Assembly: GCA_043799545.1 (NCBI GenBank)
Contig: JAZDNO010000002.1
Location: 32,001 to 96,000, forward strand
Origin: Methanobacteriota archaeon
GTDB lineage: Archaea > Thermoplasmatota > Thermoplasmata > SG8-5 > DAIRED01
DNA: 64,000 nt
Direction: 5' to 3'
The notes under the pieces were generated by a model. That model was not told where the DNA came from, ran no database searches, and saw nothing but the letters and a program-made list of their open reading frames with translations. Below, piece by piece: positions 8,894 to 17,792 of this stretch. How positions within the stretch are numbered: position 1 is the stretch's first letter; every line of letters starts with the position of its first letter. Position numbers and translations under genes: made by a program.

Positions 8894-9874
8894 TCAGGCC
8901 CCCTGCTTGGAAGCTAGCGAAACGTACGTGATTTCGGGCGCCTTGTCCACCTTGACTCCTGACAGCCTGGCCGCGTCGCGGAAACCTATCAGGCGCTTTA
9001 TCGGCCCCGGGATGGAGCCGTGGAGCATGACGTAGCTGTTGCGCACCAGCCCGTAGTGGAGGAAGCCTCCCTTGGGGTTGATCTCGTCCGGTTTCTCGCC
9101 TATCCTGAGGACGCGCTTGTTGAACTCGGTCCTCTGGTGGTATCCCATCTGGCCGGCCTGCGGGACCGTCGGGCGGACGTACTTCGGGGACTTCGGCCCC
9201 AGGTTTCCAATCATCCTGCGGTGCTTGCTGTTCTTGTGCGAAAGGAGCTTGCACCCCCAGCGCTTGGTGTGTCCCTGGAAGCCCTTCCCGGTGGTGATGG
9301 ACGCGATGTCTATCAGCGCCCCCTCACCCGCAAAATCCTTGAACGTGATTTCCTTGCCGAGCAAGCCCTTGGCGAACTCGAGCCTCTCCTTGTACTTGCC
9401 GCCGCCGACCTGTATCTCCATGATGTCGGGGACGTGCTTCGGAATCCCCGTCACGAGGTTGGGCAGCGTGTGCATGAGCACCCTTACCTCCTCGAACTCC
9501 GAGCCTTCCAGCTTCGCCATGGCCTCCTCCTTGTATTCCGGAAGCGATATGCGCCTCTTGAGCTCCTTGTCCAAGTTCTTGGCCCATGCCTCTCCCACGG
9601 TCTTGAGCCCGTAGGGCGTTCTCTCGTAGACCCTGACCGCAGCGACCTTCATCGGCGGCACCTCGACGATGGTGACGGGAACCTGGAGTTCCTGGCCAGC
9701 CGTCGTGCTGGTCGGCCTGTAGTCGATGATGAAGGCGTGGGTCATCCCAGCCTTGTATCCCGCGAAGCCCTGCAGCTTCGGGCCCTCGGCGACCTCAGGC
9801 CAGCTGGAGAACCTCGCGATGTGGTCCCTTGCTCTCTTCCTTGGCGAATAGCCGCGCGAACCGCGTCGTGACAT
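8894..9874 (-). CDS. rpl3: 50S ribosomal protein L3
   Basis: Start MSRRGS at 9874; GYKAGMTH, GKGFQGHTKRWG, AGQMGYHQRTEFNKR and GSIPGPIKR motifs. Confidence 0.97.
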   Translation of the reverse strand: MSRRGSRGYSPRKRARDHIARFSSWPEVAEGPKLQGFAGYKAGMTHAFIIDYRPTSTTAGQELQVPVTIVEVPPMKVAAVRVYERTPYGLKTVGEAWAKNLDKELKRRISLPEYKEEAMAKLEGSEFEEVRVLMHTLPNLVTGIPKHVPDIMEIQVGGGKYKERLEFAKGLLGKEITFKDFAGEGALIDIASITTGKGFQGHTKRWGCKLLSHKNSKHRRMIGNLGPKSPKYVRPTVPQAGQMGYHQRTEFNKRVLRIGEKPDEINPKGGFLHYGLVRNSYVMLHGSIPGPIKRLIGFRDAARLSGVKVDKAPEITYVSLASKQGA

Positions 9875-10073
9875 CTTATCCCTCTCTTGAGCGCGAGCGC
9901 TGCCCCTACCTGCTGGCTCGAGCAGATTCCGCGCCCCTTTCCTTGCATCCACCGTGACGCTTCAATCGCCGCCAGATAACATGGAAACCCATGGGCGGCG
10001 CGCGGGGAACAGGTAGCCCCTAGCGTCTGGTTAGACTTTGTGGATTGCGGTACCGCAGGCATACCGGTACTTG

Positions 10074-10080
10074 TATAAAA
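10074..10080 (-). promoter_or_regulatory. Probable TATA box of the ribosomal protein operon
   Basis: TTTTATA on the minus strand ~200 bp upstream of the rpl3 ATG; the only such AT-rich box in the intergenic gap. Confidence 0.5.
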
Positions 10081-10126
10081 CGCTTTGCCACTCCATTGTA
10101 CAGATGCCAGGCAACGGACATATACT

Positions 10127-10954
10127 TTATTGTTTATTGGCCAGCCGCTCCGCCGCCGCGCGCCCCAGCCACCTCGCGAAAGTCAGGTAGCCCGTGTGCC
10201 CGAGCATGTCGAAGGAGGGCCTTATGCCCATGTCCCCAACGACCATCTGGCGCTCGAGCGTTTCTATCGTGACGTCCTGCGCCCAGCCCCGCGCCCTCAA
10301 CTGTCGCACGAGCCTCTCCACCTGGTTCGCCGAAGGCGTGTAGAACGCGGCAGACGCCCCGGGCCTGAGAGAGCTCTCCGCGAATTCGAGCATGTCCCAC
10401 GGGTTCGGGACGTCGGCAACGAGAGCGTCGCTGTCCTCTTTCCCCCGGGATTTCGCGGCATCCCCTTCGACGAGCGAGACCCTTTCCGAGAGCCCCGCGC
10501 GCTCGAGATTTTTCCTGACGAGCTCTATCGATTTCGGCTCTATCTCATGAGTCGTAACATGGCCGTCCTTTCCCACGAAAGATGCCAGAGCAAGCGTCAT
10601 GTACCCCGAGCCAGCCCCAATTTCCACAACCCGCGCCTCGGGCCTTATTCCGAGCCTTGCCACGATTGGACCGGTGTCCTTGAGCGTTATTATCTGGGCG
10701 CGCCGCTCGCAAAGCGTCAGGATGTCTGCCAGCCCAGCTTCCCGGAGGACCACGTACGTCTCTCCGCAGAACTCGAATATCGCGCCGTCCGCCAGACCGG
10801 CGAGCTGGCGCGGGTCCAGTATCCCCAGGCCAGCGACCTTGACATGATCCCCGGTTGTCGTTACCAAGTGCGTCTTGAAGTCCTTCAACGAGACAAGCAG
10901 CCTGCGGTCATCGCCGTGCATCGACCTCGCGAACACACGCATCGATATATGCAT
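10127..10954 (-). CDS. trmI: tRNA (adenine57/58-N1)-methyltransferase (TrmI/GCD14 family)
   Basis: RRAQIITLKD, VVEIGAGSG, ADVPNPW, FYTPSANQV, ETLERQ and IRPSFDMLGHTGYLTFAR motifs. Confidence 0.93.
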   Translation of the reverse strand: MHISMRVFARSMHGDDRRLLVSLKDFKTHLVTTTGDHVKVAGLGILDPRQLAGLADGAIFEFCGETYVVLREAGLADILTLCERRAQIITLKDTGPIVARLGIRPEARVVEIGAGSGYMTLALASFVGKDGHVTTHEIEPKSIELVRKNLERAGLSERVSLVEGDAAKSRGKEDSDALVADVPNPWDMLEFAESSLRPGASAAFYTPSANQVERLVRQLRARGWAQDVTIETLERQMVVGDMGIRPSFDMLGHTGYLTFARWLGRAAAERLANKQ

Positions 10955-11216
10955 TGTGCAAACGGCACCTACGGCTTTTGCCGAAGAGCATGTGCGTCTT
11001 TCGCCGTATATAAAAAGACATTTTACTAATCCAACTCACGGACAAGTGATGTTATGTAATATTAGCTTGATTTATTATCAAAATTAATTGTTGTGCTTAT
11101 TTGTAATAATACTATATATAAAGGAGTGTTTTTAGAGAAAAGTTTATATATATCTATAACTCTCCCAGAAACAATGAGCCGCAAGTGGCGGCCATAAGAA
11201 AAATAGGAGGAATATA

Positions 11217-13958
11217 ATGGAAAAGATTTGGCAGAAGGGATGCGCCATGGTGCTGGCAAGCTTCATGGTAATGACGGCGCTGGCAGTCTTTGCGACACCG
11301 GTATTGGCGGACGAGTACGCCGCACGCACCGGCGGGCGCATGGGCTGGAATATCCACTGGGTGGACTACCGAATGGCGGACGACCCAGCTGTCGATGCTG
11401 AGGATGAGAAAATCATCTTCAACTACGACGGGGAAAACGGCAATATGTACTACCTGGGAGATGACGAGTCTAGCCTATCGTTCCGCCTATGGTCGAGCGG
11501 ATGGGACACGACCGCAGGTGGATCGAACGGGATTGACAACGACGGCACATGGGTTAACGTCACACTTGTGGACGGGAACGCGACCGATGCAGTGAAGCCT
11601 GGAGACGACTACTTCAGAAGCTTCAACGGCTTGTGGACAAACGACTCATACGACAGGATCTACTTCACAGTCGACATCGCCAACAACGGAACTGTCGAAA
11701 AATTCTACCCGCTCACTGTGAGGATTTCATACAGAAATGAAACCATGGCACCGACTGACGCCTACCTCATCGACACGATTGGCATCGACATCTACGTCTC
11801 GTCCGTCTTCCACGACGACGACGGCGATGACTCAAGAGACATGGCCGACACCCTGACCTACGACGGCGACGACGGCTCGTGGGACTGGGACAAGAACTTC
11901 CTCAAGGACGATGGCGGAGACTTCGGGTTCGAACCTGGCGACACGTTCGAGGACGGCTTGTTCGAGGCTGACTTCGACGCACCTTTCGACATGATAAACA
12001 CTATGCTGACACTGACCCCTCCGACAGGTGGCAACATCACATATGCCGCGAACTACGCCCAGAGCATGGGTCGGAACTCGGGCAACATCGACTTCAACTA
12101 CAGGGTAAACGTGGCACCGCAGACCCCCGCAGGGATATACCATGGAACGGCAGCCTTGGGATTCACCAGGGATGACCACGGATACAACCAGAACATCGTC
12201 GAAGGCGCAAGGTCTTACGACGTTTGCGTAGACTACACGTACGCCGACCGCGGCGCGTTCACCCGCGACGACCTGGGCAACTGGTACTCCGAGTACGCGA
12301 TGGTCGCGACCGAGGTCAATATAACGGACATCGGCGAGGTAATAGACGACGTGACGCCGACGAACGACACAGGCAACACCACCGGCAACGGCACGAGGCA
12401 GATCGACATCTTCGAGCTCCCGAGCGACACCTACGAGCAGAGCACCTTCAGCGACAAGCTGATTACCTTCGACGTGACGATACAGAACAACGGCAACACC
12501 GAGCTCTTCAACGTCGAGTTCTACTTCGACCCCCAGACCGGCACACCCGGGGAATGGGACTACTTTCGCAACCCTAACTTCTTCTATGACTCTTGGGATA
12601 TGCAGTATGATACTGCTAGGATGTTTATTGAGAGCTTCCCTGTGGGTGCGGAGGAAACGTTCACAATCCAGGCGACGGTAGTCAAGGAAATCCCGGTCGG
12701 CGAGCACAGGCTCCCGATATTCTACACGGGATACTACTTCGACGCAGGCGTGCTCCTGACAGACACCGACTTCGTCGAGACGGACGAATACACGGTCTAC
12801 TTCAGCATCTTCGTGACTGACGGACAGATGGACTGCAAGGTGGACGATGTCTGGACTCCGAACAACAACTACGGCACTGACGACACGACCGACATCTTCG
12901 TCAACGTGGACATCTGGAACCTAGAGGGTTACGCCTTCATCGATGTCATTGCGACAGCCGACTTCACAGGGACGCCATTCTACGACCCGATGATTGGTCA
13001 GAGCGCGAACCGCATCATCCCGGCAGAGCAGACCCCGTGGGACTACTGGGGACCAATAGACTCAGGTTGGGACGAGATGGACCTCGACTTCTGGGTCGAC
13101 ATGCAGACCGACCTCACACCAGACAAGTACCCGTTCACGATAACGCTGGTCGCGATAATCGAGACGACCCTAGAGGAGGTCACGACGACAATCCCAGCCA
13201 CGCTTGTCATAGAAGGCTACGGCCCGAGGATCTGGATTGAGGCATTCGCGACATCCGAGATCAAGGCCGGCAACTACTTCGACCTGAACCTCACGGTCAC
13301 GAACAGCGGCGACGACGACCTCAGGGACACCTGGGCCTACATCGGAGCTGACGGCGTCGAGCCGGCAGGGTACCTGTACGATGAAGTGATTTGCAATGTC
13401 ATCGGCCAGATACAGAGGGAGAGCGAGGAATTCAACGGATCTGGAGATTTCCTGGGCGAGGAATTTAACATCTCCGAGTCATATACCTGGGACGGAGCCG
13501 AAGTCACCCTCGAAGACCTGGACATCGACAGCGCCAAGGAAATCGTGGCACTGAACCTATACATCGACGGTGTCTACTCCTCGCCGAGCGCGGTCATCAC
13601 ACTGCTCTACATCGGCACAATCGCCGCTGGCGAGAGTGTCCAGGTGGACTACCAGATGATGGCGGACAAGGATATGGTCGACGGCAAGCCATACGTCATA
13701 ACTGTGGAAGTCTGGGGCATAGACTCAGAGGGAAACGGTTACGACATGGGCGAAGGCTACGGTGTTGACATTACTGTCAAGACCGCGAAAGAGGGAGCCG
13801 GTTCGTACAACCCCGTAGAGACGGACTACTTCATGGGCGGCATGCAGATAATGGGCCTCGTGCTCTTTATCATCATCGTCATCGCCATACTGTTCTACGT
13901 CCTCCGGAGGGTCGTCTTCCCGCCGAAGAAGGAGCAGCCACCGGTGCCACCGCAGTAA
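11217..13958 (+). CDS. Acidic exported glycoprotein with C-terminal membrane anchor; candidate S-layer protein (COG1361-like)
   Basis: Signal peptide, many N-x-S/T sequons, Ig-like segments (ITFDVTIQNNG, FDLNLTVTNSG), C-terminal TM helix plus PPVPPQ tail, strong AGGAGG SD, strongly C-ending codons and its own terminator. Confidence 0.65.
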   Translation: MEKIWQKGCAMVLASFMVMTALAVFATPVLADEYAARTGGRMGWNIHWVDYRMADDPAVDAEDEKIIFNYDGENGNMYYLGDDESSLSFRLWSSGWDTTAGGSNGIDNDGTWVNVTLVDGNATDAVKPGDDYFRSFNGLWTNDSYDRIYFTVDIANNGTVEKFYPLTVRISYRNETMAPTDAYLIDTIGIDIYVSSVFHDDDGDDSRDMADTLTYDGDDGSWDWDKNFLKDDGGDFGFEPGDTFEDGLFEADFDAPFDMINTMLTLTPPTGGNITYAANYAQSMGRNSGNIDFNYRVNVAPQTPAGIYHGTAALGFTRDDHGYNQNIVEGARSYDVCVDYTYADRGAFTRDDLGNWYSEYAMVATEVNITDIGEVIDDVTPTNDTGNTTGNGTRQIDIFELPSDTYEQSTFSDKLITFDVTIQNNGNTELFNVEFYFDPQTGTPGEWDYFRNPNFFYDSWDMQYDTARMFIESFPVGAEETFTIQATVVKEIPVGEHRLPIFYTGYYFDAGVLLTDTDFVETDEYTVYFSIFVTDGQMDCKVDDVWTPNNNYGTDDTTDIFVNVDIWNLEGYAFIDVIATADFTGTPFYDPMIGQSANRIIPAEQTPWDYWGPIDSGWDEMDLDFWVDMQTDLTPDKYPFTITLVAIIETTLEEVTTTIPATLVIEGYGPRIWIEAFATSEIKAGNYFDLNLTVTNSGDDDLRDTWAYIGADGVEPAGYLYDEVICNVIGQIQRESEEFNGSGDFLGEEFNISESYTWDGAEVTLEDLDIDSAKEIVALNLYIDGVYSSPSAVITLLYIGTIAAGESVQVDYQMMADKDMVDGKPYVITVEVWGIDSEGNGYDMGEGYGVDITVKTAKEGAGSYNPVETDYFMGGMQIMGLVLFIIIVIAILFYVLRRVVFPPKKEQPPVPPQ

Positions 13959-13977
13959 ACACCATAGTACGACTGAT

Positions 13978-14030
13978 GGGCTCCGAAAGGAGCCCCTAAA
14001 ACTCTTAATCCACTTTTCATTTCTTCTTCT
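13978..14030 (+). terminator. Hairpin plus oligo-T terminator after the candidate S-layer gene
   Basis: GGGCTCC-GAAA-GGAGCCC (13978-13995) followed by TTTTCATTTCTTCTTCT. Confidence 0.65.
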
Positions 14031-14102
14031 GTTGGCGGAAACGCTGCTCACCGAAATTTATATATCGGCATTTTCCTTACCTATTCCCTGGATGGATGCA
14101 CC

Positions 14103-15386
14103 ATGGTCGAGAAAGGGATAGCCCTAGGGATACTGATTATCGTCTACGCCCTGATGATATCCGAGAAGGTCCACCGCACGGTGGCCGTGCTGATGGGGGC
14201 GGCCATGATGGTCGGGCTCGGCATCGTCAGCGAGTTCCAGGTCATCAAGTTCATCCACTGGGAGGCGCTCGGGCTAATATTCGGGATGTTCATCATCGTC
14301 GGAGCCCTGGCCGAGACCGGGTTCTTCCGATGGGTAGGCCTCCACGCCCTAAAGTTCACCAAGTTCAATCCGCTCAAGATTTTCATCCTTTTCTCGGTGA
14401 TATCGGCGTTGCTGGCGGCATTCATGGACAGCATCACGGTCATGATTTTCATGGCGACCCTCACAATCGAGGCGTGCAGGGTGATGGACGTCAAGCCGAT
14501 TCCGTTCCTGATTGCGCAGATAGCATCCGCCAACATAGGCGGCGCTGCCACGATGGTGGGGGACCCGCCGAACGTGCTCATCGGCACTACGCTTGGATAC
14601 TCATTCATGGACTTCGTCGTCAACGTTGGCCCGATAGCCATCGTCCTCTTCATCGTCAACATCGTGCTCATGAGGTACATATTCCGCAAGTCGTTCATCA
14701 AGCACCCGGTGGACATGGATAAGATTTACAAGGAGCACGCGGAGCTCGTGCCGTTCAGCGCGGTCAAGGACGTCAGGCACATGCGCATAACGCTGGCCAT
14801 CTTCGCCTTCACGGTCACGATGCTGGTCCTGCACCAGTTCCTCGACATGGTTGTGGCGACGGTGGCGATGATTGGTGCCACGCTGGTCTTGCTGGCCGGA
14901 GGACCGAAGGCCCCCGAGCTCGTAGAGAAGATTGATTGGCATACAATCCTGTTCCTCGCGGGGCTATTCATAGTCGTCGGCGGCCTGGACGCCGTTGGCC
15001 TCCTCACGGACTTCGCCAGGTTCATCGTCTCCTCGACCGGCGGCAATCCGATAATCATAGTCTCCGCCCTGCTCTGGGTGTTCGCACCCATCTCGGCCTT
15101 CCTGGACAACGTGCCGTTCGCGGCGGCGATGATACCAGTCATTAAGACAATCAACGAGACCACGGGGATGCCCCTGCCGACGCTAGCCTGGACCCTGGCG
15201 ATAGTCGCGGACGTCAGCGGCAACGCCACGCCGATAGGCTCGAGCGCCAGCGTCGTGGGCGTGTCCGTGGCGAAGCGCGAAGGAATCCAAATCAGCTGGA
15301 AGGAATATTGCAGGACGGCCTTCCCCGCCATGCTTGTCTGCATAGCCGTGGCCAACGTCATGATAGTGGCGATATTCCTGCTCTGA
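14103..15386 (+). CDS. ArsB/NhaD/SLC13 (P-protein-like) ion transporter
   Basis: ~12 TM helices; LGLIFGM, AFMDSITV, ANIGGAATMVGDPPN, FLDNVPF and GNATPIGSSASVV motifs. Confidence 0.88.
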   Translation: MVEKGIALGILIIVYALMISEKVHRTVAVLMGAAMMVGLGIVSEFQVIKFIHWEALGLIFGMFIIVGALAETGFFRWVGLHALKFTKFNPLKIFILFSVISALLAAFMDSITVMIFMATLTIEACRVMDVKPIPFLIAQIASANIGGAATMVGDPPNVLIGTTLGYSFMDFVVNVGPIAIVLFIVNIVLMRYIFRKSFIKHPVDMDKIYKEHAELVPFSAVKDVRHMRITLAIFAFTVTMLVLHQFLDMVVATVAMIGATLVLLAGGPKAPELVEKIDWHTILFLAGLFIVVGGLDAVGLLTDFARFIVSSTGGNPIIIVSALLWVFAPISAFLDNVPFAAAMIPVIKTINETTGMPLPTLAWTLAIVADVSGNATPIGSSASVVGVSVAKREGIQISWKEYCRTAFPAMLVCIAVANVMIVAIFLL

Positions 15387-15444
15387 ATCGGATGTGCCGC
15401 CTCAGAGCGATATCCTCATATATTGTCCTTGCATCCCAGGGGCG

Positions 15445-16104
15445 ATGGCCAAGAAAGTGAAGACCGACGAGGAGGAAGCCCCCGTCTTCAAATACCCTGA
15501 GTTCGACGAGAAGCAGTACCTCCGGGAGGAGATGCGGGACTCGAAGGCGATAATCGCATCGGCGCTGGTGGCCTTGCCGATGGCCGCGGTCGCTGCGATG
15601 ATAACGGCTTCTTTCAGCCCCACCGCAGGAATCGTCATGGGTCTCGCTGGCTTCGCCGTCATCTACTACATTTTCATCTTCCTGTTCAAGGACCTATCGG
15701 GCTTCAAAATCAAGCACTGGCTGATGTCGATTGGCGGATACTTCCTCACCTTCCTAGCGCTCTGGATACTTTTCATCAACCCGCCGTTCATGGACCTCTC
15801 CGGCCCAGTGATAGAGAAGCCGCAGTACACCACGGCGCTTCCAGACTTCGTCGCCGTCGAGGACGACCTCATCGACCTGCCAGACGGAACGGGCGACTGG
15901 ATAGTCCGCGTGCGCGTCGCAGACAACGTCGGGTTGGAGGGGCTGCCCCAGCTCATTGCAGGGAGCTCCGCGCCGGTCGGCATGACACCCGTCCCAGGGG
16001 AGAGAGGGGTGTATGAGGCAGCTGTGAGCGGCATAGTGGGAGTCACGATAACTGCGACAGATGTCAACGGCCACGAGACAAACTATTCGCTGAGCGTCTA
16101 TTGA
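15445..16104 (+). CDS. Hypothetical membrane protein (3-4 TM plus C-terminal extracellular domain)
   Basis: Likely start MAKKVK at 15445; charged N-terminus (PEFDEKQYLREE), hydrophobic segments, then a beta-rich tail. Confidence 0.7.
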   Translation: MAKKVKTDEEEAPVFKYPEFDEKQYLREEMRDSKAIIASALVALPMAAVAAMITASFSPTAGIVMGLAGFAVIYYIFIFLFKDLSGFKIKHWLMSIGGYFLTFLALWILFINPPFMDLSGPVIEKPQYTTALPDFVAVEDDLIDLPDGTGDWIVRVRVADNVGLEGLPQLIAGSSAPVGMTPVPGERGVYEAAVSGIVGVTITATDVNGHETNYSLSVY

Positions 16105-16141
16105 GAAGTGTAACTCACGGCACATTCTCGCGGTACTGAGT

Positions 16142-17494
16142 TCAAACAGTCCACGGCATCCGCTTGTCCAGAAGGGCGCTCATCGCTCCCCGGTGCTCCT
16201 CCCGGAGCAGCTCGCTTAACCGCTTTATCTTGTAAGAGCCCTTCACGGGCTCGTTGAGGTGCTTGCCCAGGTCCAGGCCGGGAATGTTGGCTTCCAGCAG
16301 CGCCTTTGCATCGCAGTATTTCCTCGAGATGTCCACGTACCACCTCGCCCCGACGAGGAACGGCGGGCTGAGCGCAGCCTTGCTGTCACGCCACTTCTCC
16401 ACGAACTCCTTCGCGTTCGGCACGTCCACGGGCGGCCCCTCGTGCCTCAGCACTCCCGGAAGCTGCGCGGACTCCAGCTCCACTATCACCATCGTGTCCA
16501 ATCCTGACGCGTAAACTGCCGAGTCTATGACCTTGAAACCGTAGTGCGCGAACAGGTCGCAAAGGGCGCGCTCGCACTTCTTCACCTGCGGCCAGACCGT
16601 ATCGTCGCCAATGTCTGGCGCCCTGAATTGTATCGCTATCGGCTCCGTCCCCCGCTCGCCCATGAGGCGCTCTATATCGCCCAGGGGAAGGGGTTTCCTC
16701 TCGCGCGGGAAGAAGAAGCGCTCCGACTGCCTGCCCAGGTAGTCCCCCGCCGCCTGCATGAACTGGGCCATCATCCTGTCTCCCAGGGCCGCCGCGACGT
16801 TCCGCTTGTCGTCCACCGGGTCCACGAACACCAGAGGCTCGTCGAACTTCTTTGCCGGCCTCGTCTCAGGTAGGCTGATTGCCTCGCCCACGCGCCACTT
16901 GCTCGCGGCCTGGAGCACCCCTCTGAAAGTGCCGTACCTCAGGACTAGAAGTTCTACCAGGTATCCTGAAAAACCGCTTATCTTCGCCTCGGCGCCGTAC
17001 ACGCCCGTACCTTTCATGAAGAGCTTGAGCATGCGCACGTCGTCGCGCTGGCCGTCCTCGATTTTCCCGAGGACGAACTCGGTGTGGAACGGCGTGCGGT
17101 CCACGGCGGTCATGCGCTGCTCTGGAGAGTCAATTTTGTAAGACGGGACGATGTCCACTTCCATGCCGTCGTAGACTCCGTGCATGTAAGGATGCTCTGC
17201 GTACCTGGCCTCGCCCTTTACCACTGACTGCCCCAGCTCCAGGCCTACCTTTTCCAGCCGCTCGCGCTCCACCTTCGGAGGGAAGAGGAGGAACATGTCT
17301 ATGTCCGGCTCCCTCAGGTGGGTGCCCTTGGCTATGGAGCCGACGAGGATGGTTTCTACGTTTATTTCTGTCTTCGCGATTTCCCGCTTCAGCGCGCGCT
17401 GGAGCTTAGCCACAACCTCCTTGATTCTGCGGTCCTCCGTGGCCGTGGGCCTCGCCCGTTCCAGCGCCTTGAGCTCCAAATCCGTGAAAGACAT
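16142..17494 (-). CDS. cca: Archaeal CCA-adding enzyme (class I tRNA nucleotidyltransferase)
   Basis: VGSIAKGTHL..PDIDMF, YAEHPY, VDIVP, VDRTPFH, GVYGAE...GFSGYLVELLV and DPVD..RNVAAA motifs; start taken at MSFTD (ATG 17521 is an alternative). Confidence 0.95.
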   Translation of the reverse strand: MSFTDLELKALERARPTATEDRRIKEVVAKLQRALKREIAKTEINVETILVGSIAKGTHLREPDIDMFLLFPPKVERERLEKVGLELGQSVVKGEARYAEHPYMHGVYDGMEVDIVPSYKIDSPEQRMTAVDRTPFHTEFVLGKIEDGQRDDVRMLKLFMKGTGVYGAEAKISGFSGYLVELLVLRYGTFRGVLQAASKWRVGEAISLPETRPAKKFDEPLVFVDPVDDKRNVAAALGDRMMAQFMQAAGDYLGRQSERFFFPRERKPLPLGDIERLMGERGTEPIAIQFRAPDIGDDTVWPQVKKCERALCDLFAHYGFKVIDSAVYASGLDTMVIVELESAQLPGVLRHEGPPVDVPNAKEFVEKWRDSKAALSPPFLVGARWYVDISRKYCDAKALLEANIPGLDLGKHLNEPVKGSYKIKRLSELLREEHRGAMSALLDKRMPWTV

Positions 17495-17520
17495 GATGCG
17501 CCTCCCGAACGCTTCCTCCA

Positions 17521-17733
17521 TTAAGGCTTTTTCGCGCCCCAAGCGAGGCCGAGCGCGGCGAGGACGGCACCGATTGAGAACATTGCTATCCACAATCCCC
17601 ACGTGCCCCAGTTGCCTTCGACCGCGCAGCTCGGGCAGTACTGGCCCAGGTAGGCGAAGAGCGTCAGGACCATGAGGAGCAGTCCCACGACGAACATCAG
17701 GGTGTGGGGCTTCATATTGCCGGTTTCGGCCAT
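17521..17733 (-). CDS. Small two-TM membrane protein with a CPSC loop
   Basis: 70 aa; two hydrophobic helices flanking YCPSCAVEG; fills the gap between cca and the binding-protein gene. Confidence 0.6.
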   Translation of the reverse strand: MAETGNMKPHTLMFVVGLLLMVLTLFAYLGQYCPSCAVEGNWGTWGLWIAMFSIGAVLAALGLAWGAKKP

Positions 17734-17792
17734 TTATGCGGATTGGCCAGGGGGTATAAGAAGGGAGCGCCGGAGAAACAATGCTTCAGCGT

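Noticed and set aside
155-10062. Long alternative-frame and antisense ORFs over the ribosomal cluster (e.g. 3754-4788 +, 6038-7162 +, 9020-9871 +)
   Set aside because: Shadows of GC-rich coding sequence; the minus-strand frames match known ribosomal proteins.
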